Below are positions 18,953 to 30,023 of a stretch of DNA of 64,000 nt, in pieces. Position 1 is the first letter of the stretch. Each line of letters starts with the position of its first letter. The stretch is from Alphaproteobacteria bacterium (GTDB lineage Bacteria; Pseudomonadota; Alphaproteobacteria; UBA828): assembly GCA_965221125.1 (NCBI GenBank), contig CBDCRW010000007.1, positions 576,001-640,000 of the forward strand, given 5' to 3'. The notes beneath the pieces were generated by a model. The model saw nothing but the letters and a program-made list of their open reading frames with translations, searched no databases and was not told where the DNA came from. Both the position numbers and the translations under genes were made by a program.

Positions 18953-20093
18953 CGGCCTCGCTCCCGACCGGCAGCGTGAAGCGGAAGGCGGCGCCGCCCT
19001 CCGGCGGATTCTCGGCCCAGAGCTGACCGCCGTGGGAGTCGATGATCGTGTGGCTGATGGCGAGGCCGATGCCCATGCCATCCGCCTTGGTCGTCTGGAA
19101 GGGGCGGAACGGATCGTCCGCGACATGCGGCGCGAGGCCCGGCCCGTTGTCTCTGATATCGACCTCCACCTGGTGGGGGCCGGTTGCACGGGTCGAGATG
19201 CGAATCTTGCGCTCGCCCGTCCCCTCGAATGCCTCGATGGCGTTCCGCAGGATGTTGAGAACGACCTGCTGCACCTCGATCCGATCCATCAGCACGGGCG
19301 GCAGCGCATCGTCCAGGGAGAAGATCAGCTCGATATTGCGATCGCTCGCGCCGATCAGCGCCAGCGCCGCCGCTTCCTCCACCGCGGTGTTGATGGGCTC
19401 CAGGCGGCGCTCGCTTTCGTCCTTCCTGATGAAGCGCCGCAGCCGCTTGATGATTTCGGCCGCCCGCTCGGCCTGATGCCCCGCCTTGTCGACCAGATCC
19501 GCGATGGGGGCGGGGTCCGGTTCCGTCCGCTCCAGGCGCCGCCGCGCTGCCCTCGCGTAGTTCATGATGGCCGTGAGCGGCTGATTCAGCTCGTGCGCGA
19601 TCCCCGACGCCATCTCTCCCATGGCGGAAAGCCGCGAGGCGTGCATCAGCTCCTGCTGAAGAATGCCGGCGCGCCGCTGGATGTCCTGGCGCTCGGTGAT
19701 GTCGTGGAGGAAGCCGGTGAAGAGCCGCCCCTGCTCGAGCTCGATCTCGCCGATCGAGAGGCGCGCGGGGAAGGTGGTGCCGTCCTTCCGTCTGCCCACC
19801 ACGACGCGGCCGATGCCGATGACACGCTTCTGGCCCGTCTCGCGATAGCGCCCGAGGTGGGTGTCGTGGGCCTCGCGATAGGGCGAAGGCATGAGGATCT
19901 TCACGTTCTCGCCCACCAGCTCGTCGCTGGCGTAGCCGAAGAGGCGTTCCGCCGCAGGGTTGACCGTATCGATGATGCCGGTCTCGTCGATCACGACGAT
20001 GGCGTCGGGCGCGGTCTGGGTGATCGACCGAAGGCGCTCCTCACGCTCCCGCGCCGCGGCGATGACGGTGGCGCTGCCCCCCGAGTTCGCCAT
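18945..20093 (-). CDS. fixL: soluble heme-PAS sensor histidine kinase FixL
   Basis: NVKILMPSPYREAHD..RVIGIGRVVVGRRKDGTTFP heme-PAS; IAHELNQPL; HATPase GMGIGL. Confidence 0.92.
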   Translation of the reverse strand: MANSGGSATVIAAAREREERLRSITQTAPDAIVVIDETGIIDTVNPAAERLFGYASDELVGENVKILMPSPYREAHDTHLGRYRETGQKRVIGIGRVVVGRRKDGTTFPARLSIGEIELEQGRLFTGFLHDITERQDIQRRAGILQQELMHASRLSAMGEMASGIAHELNQPLTAIMNYARAARRRLERTEPDPAPIADLVDKAGHQAERAAEIIKRLRRFIRKDESERRLEPINTAVEEAAALALIGASDRNIELIFSLDDALPPVLMDRIEVQQVVLNILRNAIEAFEGTGERKIRISTRATGPHQVEVDIRDNGPGLAPHVADDPFRPFQTTKADGMGIGLAISHTIIDSHGGQLWAENPPEGGAAFRFTLPVGSEADG

Positions 20094-20115
20094 CCGCTCG
20101 CCTGGTTCCGGCCGC

Positions 20116-20688
20116 TCAGTCGAGGTGCTTGCGCATGATCTGCGCCATCTTTTCCGGCCCCTGCCCGAAGACGAAGTGGGTCACGTAGTCGCCGTCGGGG
20201 TCCATGAAGTAGACATAGGACGTGTGGTCCACCAGGTAATTGCCGTCCTCGTCCGGCTCGTTGAGCCGGTAGAACACGCGGTAGGCCTTGGCCGCGGCGT
20301 GGATCTGCTCGTCGCTGCCGGTGAGCCCGACCAGGCGCGGGTGGAACGTCGGCACATACGCCGCGAGGTACTCGACCGTATCGCGTGCGGGGTCGACCGT
20401 GACGAAGAGCGGCTGCACCTCGTCGGCGAGGTCGTCCAGCTCGTCGATCGCCTGGCCCATGATGAGAAGCTCCGTCGGGCAGATGTCCGGGCAGTAGGCA
20501 TAGCCGAAATAGACCAGCAGGTAGCGGTCGTCGAAGCTCTCTTCGGTGACCGTCGTGCCGGTGTGGTCGACGAGCTCGAAGGGGCCGCCGATGGCTGCGG
20601 CCTGCGCGGGCGACGGCCCGCCCCAGAGGACGACGGCGAACGCCACGGCGAGCGCGGCGGCGATCATCGTGCGGGGCGTGCGGTACAT
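20116..20688 (-). CDS. SCO1/SenC family copper chaperone
   Basis: FGYAYCPDICP, TVDPARDT, YLVDHTS; N-terminal TM. Confidence 0.93.
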   Translation of the reverse strand: MYRTPRTMIAAALAVAFAVVLWGGPSPAQAAAIGGPFELVDHTGTTVTEESFDDRYLLVYFGYAYCPDICPTELLIMGQAIDELDDLADEVQPLFVTVDPARDTVEYLAAYVPTFHPRLVGLTGSDEQIHAAAKAYRVFYRLNEPDEDGNYLVDHTSYVYFMDPDGDYVTHFVFGQGPEKMAQIMRKHLD

Positions 20689-20801
20689 GGGCCGCGTCCT
20701 TTCTCTGCAGGCGGGCATACTCTAGTTCGCCGCGTCGGCGCGGTCGATGGTCCGGGCGCTGAGCGGGTACACTGCTGCCTCTCGAATGCGGGGAGGGCGG
20801 C

Positions 20802-21677
20802 ATGGGCGGAGAGGCCATCTACCGGGGCTACGATCGCGCGGCGCTCGATGCGCAGTACAACAACCGCGCGCGCATCCCCGAGTATGTCGACGACTTCGAG
20901 CGCTGGCTGGCCTGGAGCGCCGAGACCCGCGCGGCGCTGCCCGGCGCGCGGGACGTGGCCTACGGCGCCCTGCCGGTCGAGACGCTCGACATCTTCCCGG
21001 CCGAGGAGCCCGGCGCGCCGATCCTGATCATGATTCACGGCGGCTACTGGTACTCGCTCGACAAGCATCACGACAGCTTCGTGGCCGAGGGCTGCCGGCC
21101 GCACGGGGTTGCCACCATCGTCATCAACTACGGCCTCGCCCCCGACTACCGGATGGACGAGATCGTGCGCCAGAACCGTGCCGCGGTCGCGTGGGTCTGG
21201 CGCAACGCCGCCTCCTTCGGCGGCGATCCCTCGCGCATCCATGCGCTCGGCCAGTCGGCGGGCGGTCATCTCGCCGCCATGCTGCTGGCGACCGACTGGC
21301 CGGCCTTCGGCGCCGACTTGCCCGCGGACCTCGTGAAGAGCGCGGTCTCCATCTCCGGCATCTACGACCTGGAGCCCATCCGGCTCTGCTACCTCAACGA
21401 CAAGGTCGGCATGGACGAGGCGGAGGCGCGGCGGAACAGCCCGGTGGAGCAGCGCTACCCGGTGGCCGCGCCGCTGATGCTGGTCTCGGGCGACATCGAA
21501 TCGCAGGAATACGAGCGCCAGGCCGGGGCCATGGCCGCGGTGTGGGCGGCGCATGGCTACCCGCTCGGCCGGCTGTCTCTCCCCGGCTACAACCACTTCA
21601 CGATGGCCGACCAGCTTCGCGAGCCCGAGAGCGAGCTCACCCGAGCGACGATGGCGCAGATGCGAGTCGCGCTCTGA
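20802..21677 (+). CDS. alpha/beta hydrolase (arylformamidase-like)
   Basis: HGGYW oxyanion motif, GQSAGG nucleophile elbow, NHF. Confidence 0.85.
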   Translation: MGGEAIYRGYDRAALDAQYNNRARIPEYVDDFERWLAWSAETRAALPGARDVAYGALPVETLDIFPAEEPGAPILIMIHGGYWYSLDKHHDSFVAEGCRPHGVATIVINYGLAPDYRMDEIVRQNRAAVAWVWRNAASFGGDPSRIHALGQSAGGHLAAMLLATDWPAFGADLPADLVKSAVSISGIYDLEPIRLCYLNDKVGMDEAEARRNSPVEQRYPVAAPLMLVSGDIESQEYERQAGAMAAVWAAHGYPLGRLSLPGYNHFTMADQLREPESELTRATMAQMRVAL

Positions 21678-21680
21678 CGC

Positions 21681-22694
21681 TCATGCGCGCTCGTCCATCG
21701 TGAGCACGGCGGCGCCCTGGAGCCGGCCGGCGCGCAGGCGGTCCAGCGCGGTGTTGGCGTCCGCCAGCGGCATGGGGTCTGTGTGCATCGCGATCTCGGT
21801 CCGGGCGGCGAGCGCCAAAAAATCCTCGCCGTCGCGGCGCGTGAGATTGGCGACGGAGACGATGCGCCGCTCCCGCCAGAGAAGCCCGTAGGGGAAGGCG
21901 GGAATGTCGCTCATGTGGATGCCGGCGCAGACCACCGTGCCGCCCGGCGCGATCGCGCGCAGCGCAGCCGGCACCAGGGCGCCCACCGGCGCGAAGAGCA
22001 GCGCCGCGTCCAGCTCCTCCGGCGGCGCCTCGTCCGACGGGCCGGCCCACTCTGCGCCGAGGCCGAGGGCGAAGTCGACCGCCGCCCGGTCGCCCGGCCG
22101 CACGAAGGCGAACACCCGGCGACCCTGAGCCCGCGCGACCTGGGCGATGATGTGCGCCGCCGCGCCGAAGCCGTAGAGGCCGAGGCGCTCGGCATCGCCC
22201 GCCATCGAGAGCGCGCGGTAGCCGATGAGCCCGGCGCAGAGCAGCGGCGCCGCCTCGACGTCGCTGCGCTCGCCGCCGACCGGCAGGCAGTAGCGTTCGT
22301 CGGCGACGCAGTAGTCGCCGTAGCCGCCGTCCCGCGTATAGCCGGTGAAGAGCGCGTGCGCGCACAGGTTCTCCCGCCCGCTCCGGCAGTAGCGGCAGGC
22401 GCCGCAGGTCCAGCCGAGCCAGGGGATGCCGACGCGCTCCCCTTCGGAGAAGCTCTCCACGCCCGCGCCGACGGCCGCGACGTGCCCCACCACCTCGTGC
22501 CCCGGCACCACCGGAAGCCGGGGCTCGGCGAGGTCGCCGTCCACCACGTGAAGATCGGTGCGGCAGACGCCGCAGGCCGAGACACGCACCAGGACCTCGC
22601 CGGTGCCGGGCTCTGGCACCGGCCGCTCCTCCAGCGTGAGCCGGCGGCCCTCGCCGCGATAGACCATGGCGCGCATGGCGGCGGGAGGCGTCAC
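21681..22694 (-). CDS. zinc-dependent alcohol dehydrogenase (AdhP-like)
   Basis: CGVCRTDLH, GHEVVG, CGACRYCRSGRENLC, GFGAAA; start could also be the ATG at 22676. Confidence 0.92.
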   Translation of the reverse strand: MTPPAAMRAMVYRGEGRRLTLEERPVPEPGTGEVLVRVSACGVCRTDLHVVDGDLAEPRLPVVPGHEVVGHVAAVGAGVESFSEGERVGIPWLGWTCGACRYCRSGRENLCAHALFTGYTRDGGYGDYCVADERYCLPVGGERSDVEAAPLLCAGLIGYRALSMAGDAERLGLYGFGAAAHIIAQVARAQGRRVFAFVRPGDRAAVDFALGLGAEWAGPSDEAPPEELDAALLFAPVGALVPAALRAIAPGGTVVCAGIHMSDIPAFPYGLLWRERRIVSVANLTRRDGEDFLALAARTEIAMHTDPMPLADANTALDRLRAGRLQGAAVLTMDERA

Positions 22695-22701
22695 CGCCGG
22701 C

Positions 22702-24741
22702 TCAAGCCTCGATGATCCTGAGAAAGCCCAGGTCGTCCACCCGCACGCGCTGGCCAGGGCAGACCAGCGTGGTCGAGGACGGCTCCTCGACGATGACGGG
22801 GCCATCCGCCGCGAAGCCGGGCGGCAGCAGGTCACGGTCGTAGACCCGCGTCTCGTGCCGGCCGTCCTCGCCGAATTCGACCGTGCGCCCGACGCGCGCC
22901 GCCGCTTCCGCCGAGCGGCCCGCCGCGTCCCACGGCGTGAGCTCCGGCCGGGCCACGTCGGCGGTCGCCGTGAGACGGAAGGTGACGAGCTCCACCGGCG
23001 TGTCCGCGAGGCGGAAGGTGTAGGCGCGCTCGTGCGCCGCGTGGAAGGCGTCGAGCAGCGTGTCGCGCGTCGTCCGTTCGAGGTCGATCGGCACCGTCAC
23101 CGCGTGCTCCTGGCCGGCATAGCGCATGTCGATGTGGCAGGCGGCGGTGAACGTGTCGTGCCCGCCTTCGGAGCGGAAGTAGCGTTCCGCTTCCTCGCGC
23201 AGCTCCGCGAAGAGAGCGCGCACGTCCGCGATCTCGAGAGACTCGGCGCGCCTCAGCGCCGTCAGCATGAAGTCCCGGCGGGGCGCGGTCGCCAGCATGC
23301 CCCAGGCCGAGAAGAGGCCGGGGAAGCGCGGCACCGCGATCTCCTTCACGCCGAGCTCGCGGCCGAGGCTCGCGCCGTGCATGGCGCCGCCGCCGCCGCC
23401 CACCATCAGCGCGAAGTCGCGCGGATCGTGGCCGCGCTGGATCGAGACCAGCTTGAGCGCGTTGATCATGTTGGCGTCGACCAGGCGGATCACGGCGACC
23501 GCCGCCTCGTCCACGCTGCAGCCGAGCCCGTCCGCGACCTTGCCCATGGCGGCGCGCGCGAGGCCCACGTCCAGCGCGAGCCGCCCGCCCGCGAAGTTCG
23601 CCGGGTTCAGCACGCCGGTAATCAGCTTGGCGTCGGTCACGGTGGGCTCGGTCCCGCCGCGGCCGTAGCTGGCGGGGCCGGGATCGGCGCCGGCGCTGCG
23701 GGGGCCGACGCAGAGCGTGCCGCCCTCGTCGAACCAGGCGATGGAGCCGCCGCCCGCGCCGATCTCCACGATGTCGATCACCGGCACCCGCACCGGGTAG
23801 CCGTAGCGGATGCGCGTCGCCTCCAGCCGGTAGTCGGTGGTGACCTTGGGCTCGCCGTCCTCGATGGTGGAGCACTTGGCCGTCGTGCCGCCGATGTCGA
23901 GGTAGATCACGTTGGGCTCGTCGCACAGCCGCCCGATCAGGGCCGCGCCGTTGACGCCCGCCGCCGGGCCCGATTCGAGCAGCGTGATCGGGTGCTCCCT
24001 GGCCCAGCCGAAGCTCGTGGTGCCGCCGTTCGACTGCATCGCCATCATCGGGCAGGCGAGGGAGAGCGCGTCGAGGCCGGCCTCCAGCGTGTCGAAGTAG
24101 CGCTGCACGATCGGCTGCACGTAGGCGTTGAGCACCGCCGTGTTCGCGCGCTCGTACTCGCGCCACTCGCGCGTGATCTCGTGGGAGGCGGTGACCGCTA
24201 CGCCGTCGAGGCGCTCGCGCAGGTAGGCCGCCGTCTCCTCCTCGTGCTCGGGCGCGGCGTAGGAGTGAAGGTACTGAATGGCGATGGCCTCCACCCCCTC
24301 GGCCCTGCACACCGCGATCACACGGTCCAGGTCTTCGAGATGCAGCGGCACCTTGACGCGGCCCCTGGCATCGACCCGCTCGCGCACCTCGAAGCGGAGC
24401 CGGCGCGGCACGAAGGGGACCTCCTTGCGGTAGCGCAGGTTGTAGAGATCGGGGCGGTTGCCGCGCGCGATCTCGAGGACGTCCCGAAAGCCCTCGGTGG
24501 TGACCAGCGCGGTCCTGGCGCCGGTGCGCTCGGTGATCGCGTTGATGACCGTCGTGCCGCCGTGCACGAAGTAATCCACGGCGCCGGCGTCGAGGCCGGC
24601 CTGGTCGATGGTGTCGAGCACGCCCCGCGTGAGGTCGTCCGGCGTGCTGAGCGCCTTGGCGACGCTGAGCGCGCCGGTCTCCTCGTCGAAGTGGACGAGG
24701 TCCGTGAAGGTCCCGCCGATATCGGTTGCCAGTCGGCCCAC
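22702..24741 (-). CDS. hydantoinase A / 5-oxoprolinase ATP-binding subunit family
   Basis: DIGGTFTD, ESGPAAG, DIGGTT, IGAGGGSIA, SAGADPGP, PTVTDA. Confidence 0.92.
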   Translation of the reverse strand: MGRLATDIGGTFTDLVHFDEETGALSVAKALSTPDDLTRGVLDTIDQAGLDAGAVDYFVHGGTTVINAITERTGARTALVTTEGFRDVLEIARGNRPDLYNLRYRKEVPFVPRRLRFEVRERVDARGRVKVPLHLEDLDRVIAVCRAEGVEAIAIQYLHSYAAPEHEEETAAYLRERLDGVAVTASHEITREWREYERANTAVLNAYVQPIVQRYFDTLEAGLDALSLACPMMAMQSNGGTTSFGWAREHPITLLESGPAAGVNGAALIGRLCDEPNVIYLDIGGTTAKCSTIEDGEPKVTTDYRLEATRIRYGYPVRVPVIDIVEIGAGGGSIAWFDEGGTLCVGPRSAGADPGPASYGRGGTEPTVTDAKLITGVLNPANFAGGRLALDVGLARAAMGKVADGLGCSVDEAAVAVIRLVDANMINALKLVSIQRGHDPRDFALMVGGGGGAMHGASLGRELGVKEIAVPRFPGLFSAWGMLATAPRRDFMLTALRRAESLEIADVRALFAELREEAERYFRSEGGHDTFTAACHIDMRYAGQEHAVTVPIDLERTTRDTLLDAFHAAHERAYTFRLADTPVELVTFRLTATADVARPELTPWDAAGRSAEAAARVGRTVEFGEDGRHETRVYDRDLLPPGFAADGPVIVEEPSSTTLVCPGQRVRVDDLGFLRIIEA

Positions 24742-24924
24742 CGCGCGCTCCTGCCGCTTGGATCGGCGCCGATTATTCACCGGCGCGGGCGAGGGTCAAA
24801 CGGGGCGCCCCGGCGCGCCTGACAACGATCTGTCGCAAAACTGAAACAAGTTCGTCACCAAGCGTTATTGGCGAATCGGGATAAGTCGAGCCGCGGGCAC
24901 GGCCGGCGATCTCCAGGAGAGGGA

Positions 24925-25605
24925 ATGCAACAGTTCAATCTTGCGCGGCGGCTCTTCGCCGAATGGCTGGGGACGCTGCTGCTGCTCGCCGTGGTCGTGG
25001 GCTCCGGCATCATGGGCGAGACGCTCGCGGGCGGTAACGTCGCGCTCGCGCTGCTCGGCAACACGATCCCCACCGGCGCGATCCTGGTGGTGCTGATCGT
25101 GATCTTCGGCCCCATCTCCGGCGCCCACTTCAACCCCGCCGTCACGCTCTGCTTCCTGATACGCCGCGAGATCGGCCTGCGGGACGCCGGGCTCTACCTG
25201 CTGGCGCAGGTCGCGGGCGGCATCTGCGGGGCGATGCTGGCGCACGGCATGTTCGAGGAGCCGATCGTCGCCGCGTCGACCAACGCGCGCACCGGCTTCT
25301 CCCAGTGGCTCGGCGAGTTCACGGCGACCTTCGGCCTGGTGGCCACGATCCTCGGCTGCCTGCGCTTCCGGCCGGAGCTGGTGCCCTACGGCGTCGGCCT
25401 CTTCATCACCGCCGGCTACTGGTTCACGTCGTCCACGTCGTTCGCCAACCCGGCGGTGACCGTCGCCCGCTCGCTCACCGACACCTTCTCCGGGATTCAG
25501 CCGCTGCACATGCCGGCCTTCATCGTCGCCCAGCTCATCGGCGCGGTGGTGGCGACGCTCTTGTTCCGCTGGCTCGTCGGCACCCGGCCGGCGGCCTCCG
25601 GTTAG
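24925..25605 (+). CDS. MIP/aquaporin family channel (AqpS-like subgroup)
   Basis: SGAHFNPAVT and YWFTSSTSFANPAVT. Confidence 0.92.
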   Translation: MQQFNLARRLFAEWLGTLLLLAVVVGSGIMGETLAGGNVALALLGNTIPTGAILVVLIVIFGPISGAHFNPAVTLCFLIRREIGLRDAGLYLLAQVAGGICGAMLAHGMFEEPIVAASTNARTGFSQWLGEFTATFGLVATILGCLRFRPELVPYGVGLFITAGYWFTSSTSFANPAVTVARSLTDTFSGIQPLHMPAFIVAQLIGAVVATLLFRWLVGTRPAASG

Positions 25606-26393
25606 AACGAGGCCAGGGCCACCTCGACCGCGCCCAACGCGCCGAAGTCGGCGCGGACGTGCTTCGCGTGCCTGATCGGCGCCGGCACGATGCAGGTGCC
25701 GGTGATGACGACCTCGCCGGCCTTGAGCGGCGCGCCGTGGCGCACCCGGTCGTTGGCGAGCCAGGTGAGCGCGATACGCGGATCGCCCAGCGCGTTCGCG
25801 CCCTTGCCGGTCGCGGCCTCCGCGCCGTCGACCGAGACGACCACCGGGTGCTCGGCGAGGTCCACGTCGCGCCAGCCCGCCGGCGCCTCCGGCCCAAGCA
25901 CGCAGTATTCCGAGCAGCCGTTGTCGGCAATGAGCTGGGCCGCGCCCACGACCGTGAAATCCCGGTAGCGCGAATCCGGAATCTCGATGGCCGGGTGCAG
26001 CGCCGCGACCGCGTCCATCACCGCGTCCACCGTGTAATCGCCGTTGCCGCCCGGCAGGTCCCTGCCCAAGCGGAACGCGAACTCCGCTTCGACCACCGCC
26101 ATGTGCAGGTGGCCCGCCGGCAGCTTGGTGCCGCTCTGGTGGAGCTTGCTCTCCCAGAGCCGCCCGGCGAGCGGGCCGTCCACGCCGATGTGTTTTTGGC
26201 CGGCGGCGCTGGTCGCCGCGATCTTCCAGCCCACCGGCCGCGCGCCGGCGATGCGCGCGAGCGCGTCCTGCGCCGCGTAGCCGTCAGCGGAGGTATCCGG
26301 GCGGCATGCGTCGGGCAGTCCGTCGATCAGGTGATGGCCGCACCAGGCCGTCCAGATGGCCTGCGCCGCCGCGTCGCTCTTCGTCTCTGTCAT
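25602..26393 (-). CDS. 2-keto-4-pentenoate hydratase / FAH family
   Basis: GWKIAATS, VEAEFAF, AIEIPDSR, IADN, VITGT. Confidence 0.88.
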   Translation of the reverse strand: MTETKSDAAAQAIWTAWCGHHLIDGLPDACRPDTSADGYAAQDALARIAGARPVGWKIAATSAAGQKHIGVDGPLAGRLWESKLHQSGTKLPAGHLHMAVVEAEFAFRLGRDLPGGNGDYTVDAVMDAVAALHPAIEIPDSRYRDFTVVGAAQLIADNGCSEYCVLGPEAPAGWRDVDLAEHPVVVSVDGAEAATGKGANALGDPRIALTWLANDRVRHGAPLKAGEVVITGTCIVPAPIRHAKHVRADFGALGAVEVALASF

Positions 26394-26402
26394 GGGCTCA
26401 AT

Positions 26403-27017
26403 CTAGCGAGTGGGGGATGCGGGCGACAAGCGCGCGAGCGGCACGTGCGGCGCCGCGTCGCGCGGGATGAGGCCCGCGAGCCTGGGGTCGTCGACGATAT
26501 CGATTTCGCTGTGGGTGACGGCGAAGCCGTAGCGCTGGTAGAAGCCCAGCGCGCCGGGGTGATCCAGCGTGCAGGTGTTGAGGATCATGCGGCGCGGCCG
26601 GTGCTGCGAGACCGCCGCGATCGCATACCGCAGCAGCCAGCCGCCGAGCCCGGTGCCGATGCGCGAGGGGATCACGCCGAAGTAGCGCAGCTCGATGTCC
26701 GGCGCGGGCCGCGGGTTCAGCTCGATGAGGCCGATCTCCTCGCCGTCCGACTCCACCACGTAGACCTCCGTCCGGTCTTCCGCGAGATGGGCGGTGAGCG
26801 TGGCCTTGTCCCACGTGAGCCGGCTCCACCACAGCCAGTCGTCGCCTATCGCGTGATAGAGCCGCAGGTAATCGCCGGCCGCCATGGCCCGCCGCCGCGC
26901 GATGGCGATACCGGGCGGCGGGGGAGGGGGCGCGTGCGGCGGCGGCGCCTCCATCGCGAGGTGCGTTATCACCGTGTGCAGCTTGCCGGGCGGAACGGCC
27001 TCCGCTTCCAAGTTCAT
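26403..27017 (-). CDS. GNAT family acetyltransferase
   Basis: YFGVIPSRIGTGLGGWLL, TCTLDHPGALGFYQRYGF. Confidence 0.85.
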   Translation of the reverse strand: MNLEAEAVPPGKLHTVITHLAMEAPPPHAPPPPPPGIAIARRRAMAAGDYLRLYHAIGDDWLWWSRLTWDKATLTAHLAEDRTEVYVVESDGEEIGLIELNPRPAPDIELRYFGVIPSRIGTGLGGWLLRYAIAAVSQHRPRRMILNTCTLDHPGALGFYQRYGFAVTHSEIDIVDDPRLAGLIPRDAAPHVPLARLSPASPTR

Positions 27018-27026
27018 GCCGGGCGC

Positions 27027-27794
27027 TCAGAGGCCGCAAGAGATGCCCTCGTCGAGCAGCAGGAGCGAGCCGTGCGCGGCGCGGCCGTCGTCGGAGCAGA
27101 GGAAGAGCGCGGCCGATGCCATGTCGTCCGCGTCCGAATAGGTGCGCGTGCTCGGCGTCACCGCGGTCATGCCGTCCAGCATCTCCTTGAACTGTGGCTC
27201 GGTGCGGATCTTGACGTTCATCGGCGTCGCCGTGTTGCCGGGCAGGATCGCGTTCACCGCGACGTTGTGCGGGCTCAGCTCCAGCGCGAGCGAGCGCGTG
27301 AGCAGGTTGATCGCCGCCTTCGTCGCGCAATAGACGGAGAAGGTGTTGAACCCCATGTTGCCGCAGACGGACGAGAGATTGACGATCTTGCCGCCGCCCT
27401 GTTCGATCATGATGGGCGCGACCTCGTTGATGGCGAAGAAGCTGCCCTTCACGTTGATGTCCATCATCTCGTCGTATTGGCTCTCGGTCGTCTTGCCGAT
27501 GAAGTTCGGCTCGAAGATGCCGGCCGAGTTCACCAGGATGTCGATGCGTCCGAACGCCGCCTTCACGTCGGCGACCAGCGTCTTGACCGCTGCGACATCG
27601 CGCACGTCGCCCACGAAGGCCTGGGCCTGCCCGCCTACCGCCTCGATCCTGTCCGCCACGCTTTGCGCCTTGGCGAGGCTTGATGAGCCGGCGACGGCAA
27701 CGCGCGCGCCCTCCGCGGCGAACCGCATGGCGATCGCCTCGCCGATGCCTGAGGAGCCGCCGGTGACAAGCGCAGTCTTCCCTTCCAGTCTCAC
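27027..27794 (-). CDS. SDR family oxidoreductase
   Basis: TGGSSGIG, VNSAG, YCATK; GTG start with GGGGAGGAG RBS. Confidence 0.92.
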   Translation of the reverse strand: MRLEGKTALVTGGSSGIGEAIAMRFAAEGARVAVAGSSSLAKAQSVADRIEAVGGQAQAFVGDVRDVAAVKTLVADVKAAFGRIDILVNSAGIFEPNFIGKTTESQYDEMMDINVKGSFFAINEVAPIMIEQGGGKIVNLSSVCGNMGFNTFSVYCATKAAINLLTRSLALELSPHNVAVNAILPGNTATPMNVKIRTEPQFKEMLDGMTAVTPSTRTYSDADDMASAALFLCSDDGRAAHGSLLLLDEGISCGL

Positions 27795-27972
27795 GATCCT
27801 CTCCTCCCCGGATTGTCGCGCCGCGGCATGGACGAACGCGCCGCCCGCCGGAGCCTGCGAGAATATCAGCCGCACGCGCGAAAGTCTTTTCGACCGGCGC
27901 TCCTGCGGCCGATAATGGCGCGCGGGCGGGGGCGAATCCGGTGCCCCGGCCGACCGAGTTCGAGGAGGAGCC

Positions 27973-29601
<1,629 letters not shown>

Positions 29602-29660
29602 AGCGGATCGACCGCCGCGGCCGCACCCCGCCCTCGCCGGCCACCCGACGACGACTTGGT

Positions 29661-29795
29661 CTTAATCCGGCACATTCCGGCATACGCCGGCACAAAGTGG
29701 CACAAAGTGGGACAAGGTGGCACAAAACGAGCGGCACAAAGTGGCACAAGATGGCACAAAGTGGCACAAGATGGCCCAAGCTGGCACGTCCCGGC
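29661..29795. repeat. tandem array of about 13 degenerate 10-bp units (consensus CACAAAGTGG)
   Basis: cttaatccgg cacattccgg catacgccgg cacaaagtgg cacaaagtgg gacaaggtgg cacaaaacgagcgg cacaaagtgg cacaagatgg cacaaagtgg cacaagatgg cccaagctgg cacgtcccgg. Confidence 0.9.
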
Positions 29796-30023
29796 GGCGG
29801 CCCAAGCCCGCTGGACGAGCGCCCGGCCATCGGGCGACTCCCCGGAGCCGCTCCGGCCCGGCTCCCCCGAAAGGGCGATGGTCTGCGTGCTGCATCCGCA
29901 GAGCCTGCCCCCACCCGCCGGCCCCGTGCACCGCACCATGGTCCGGGCCGATTGTCGTGGGCGGGCGTTCGGTCGTGAGGGAACGGGTTCCGCGGAGAGG
30001 AAAATGTCGGAAGGGCGCATCTG

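Noticed and set aside
29661-29795. Possible CRISPR array (decamer repeat; also the 16-mer at 46880-46941)
   Set aside because: Units are 10 or 16 bp and directly adjacent, with no unique spacers and no cas genes in the window.
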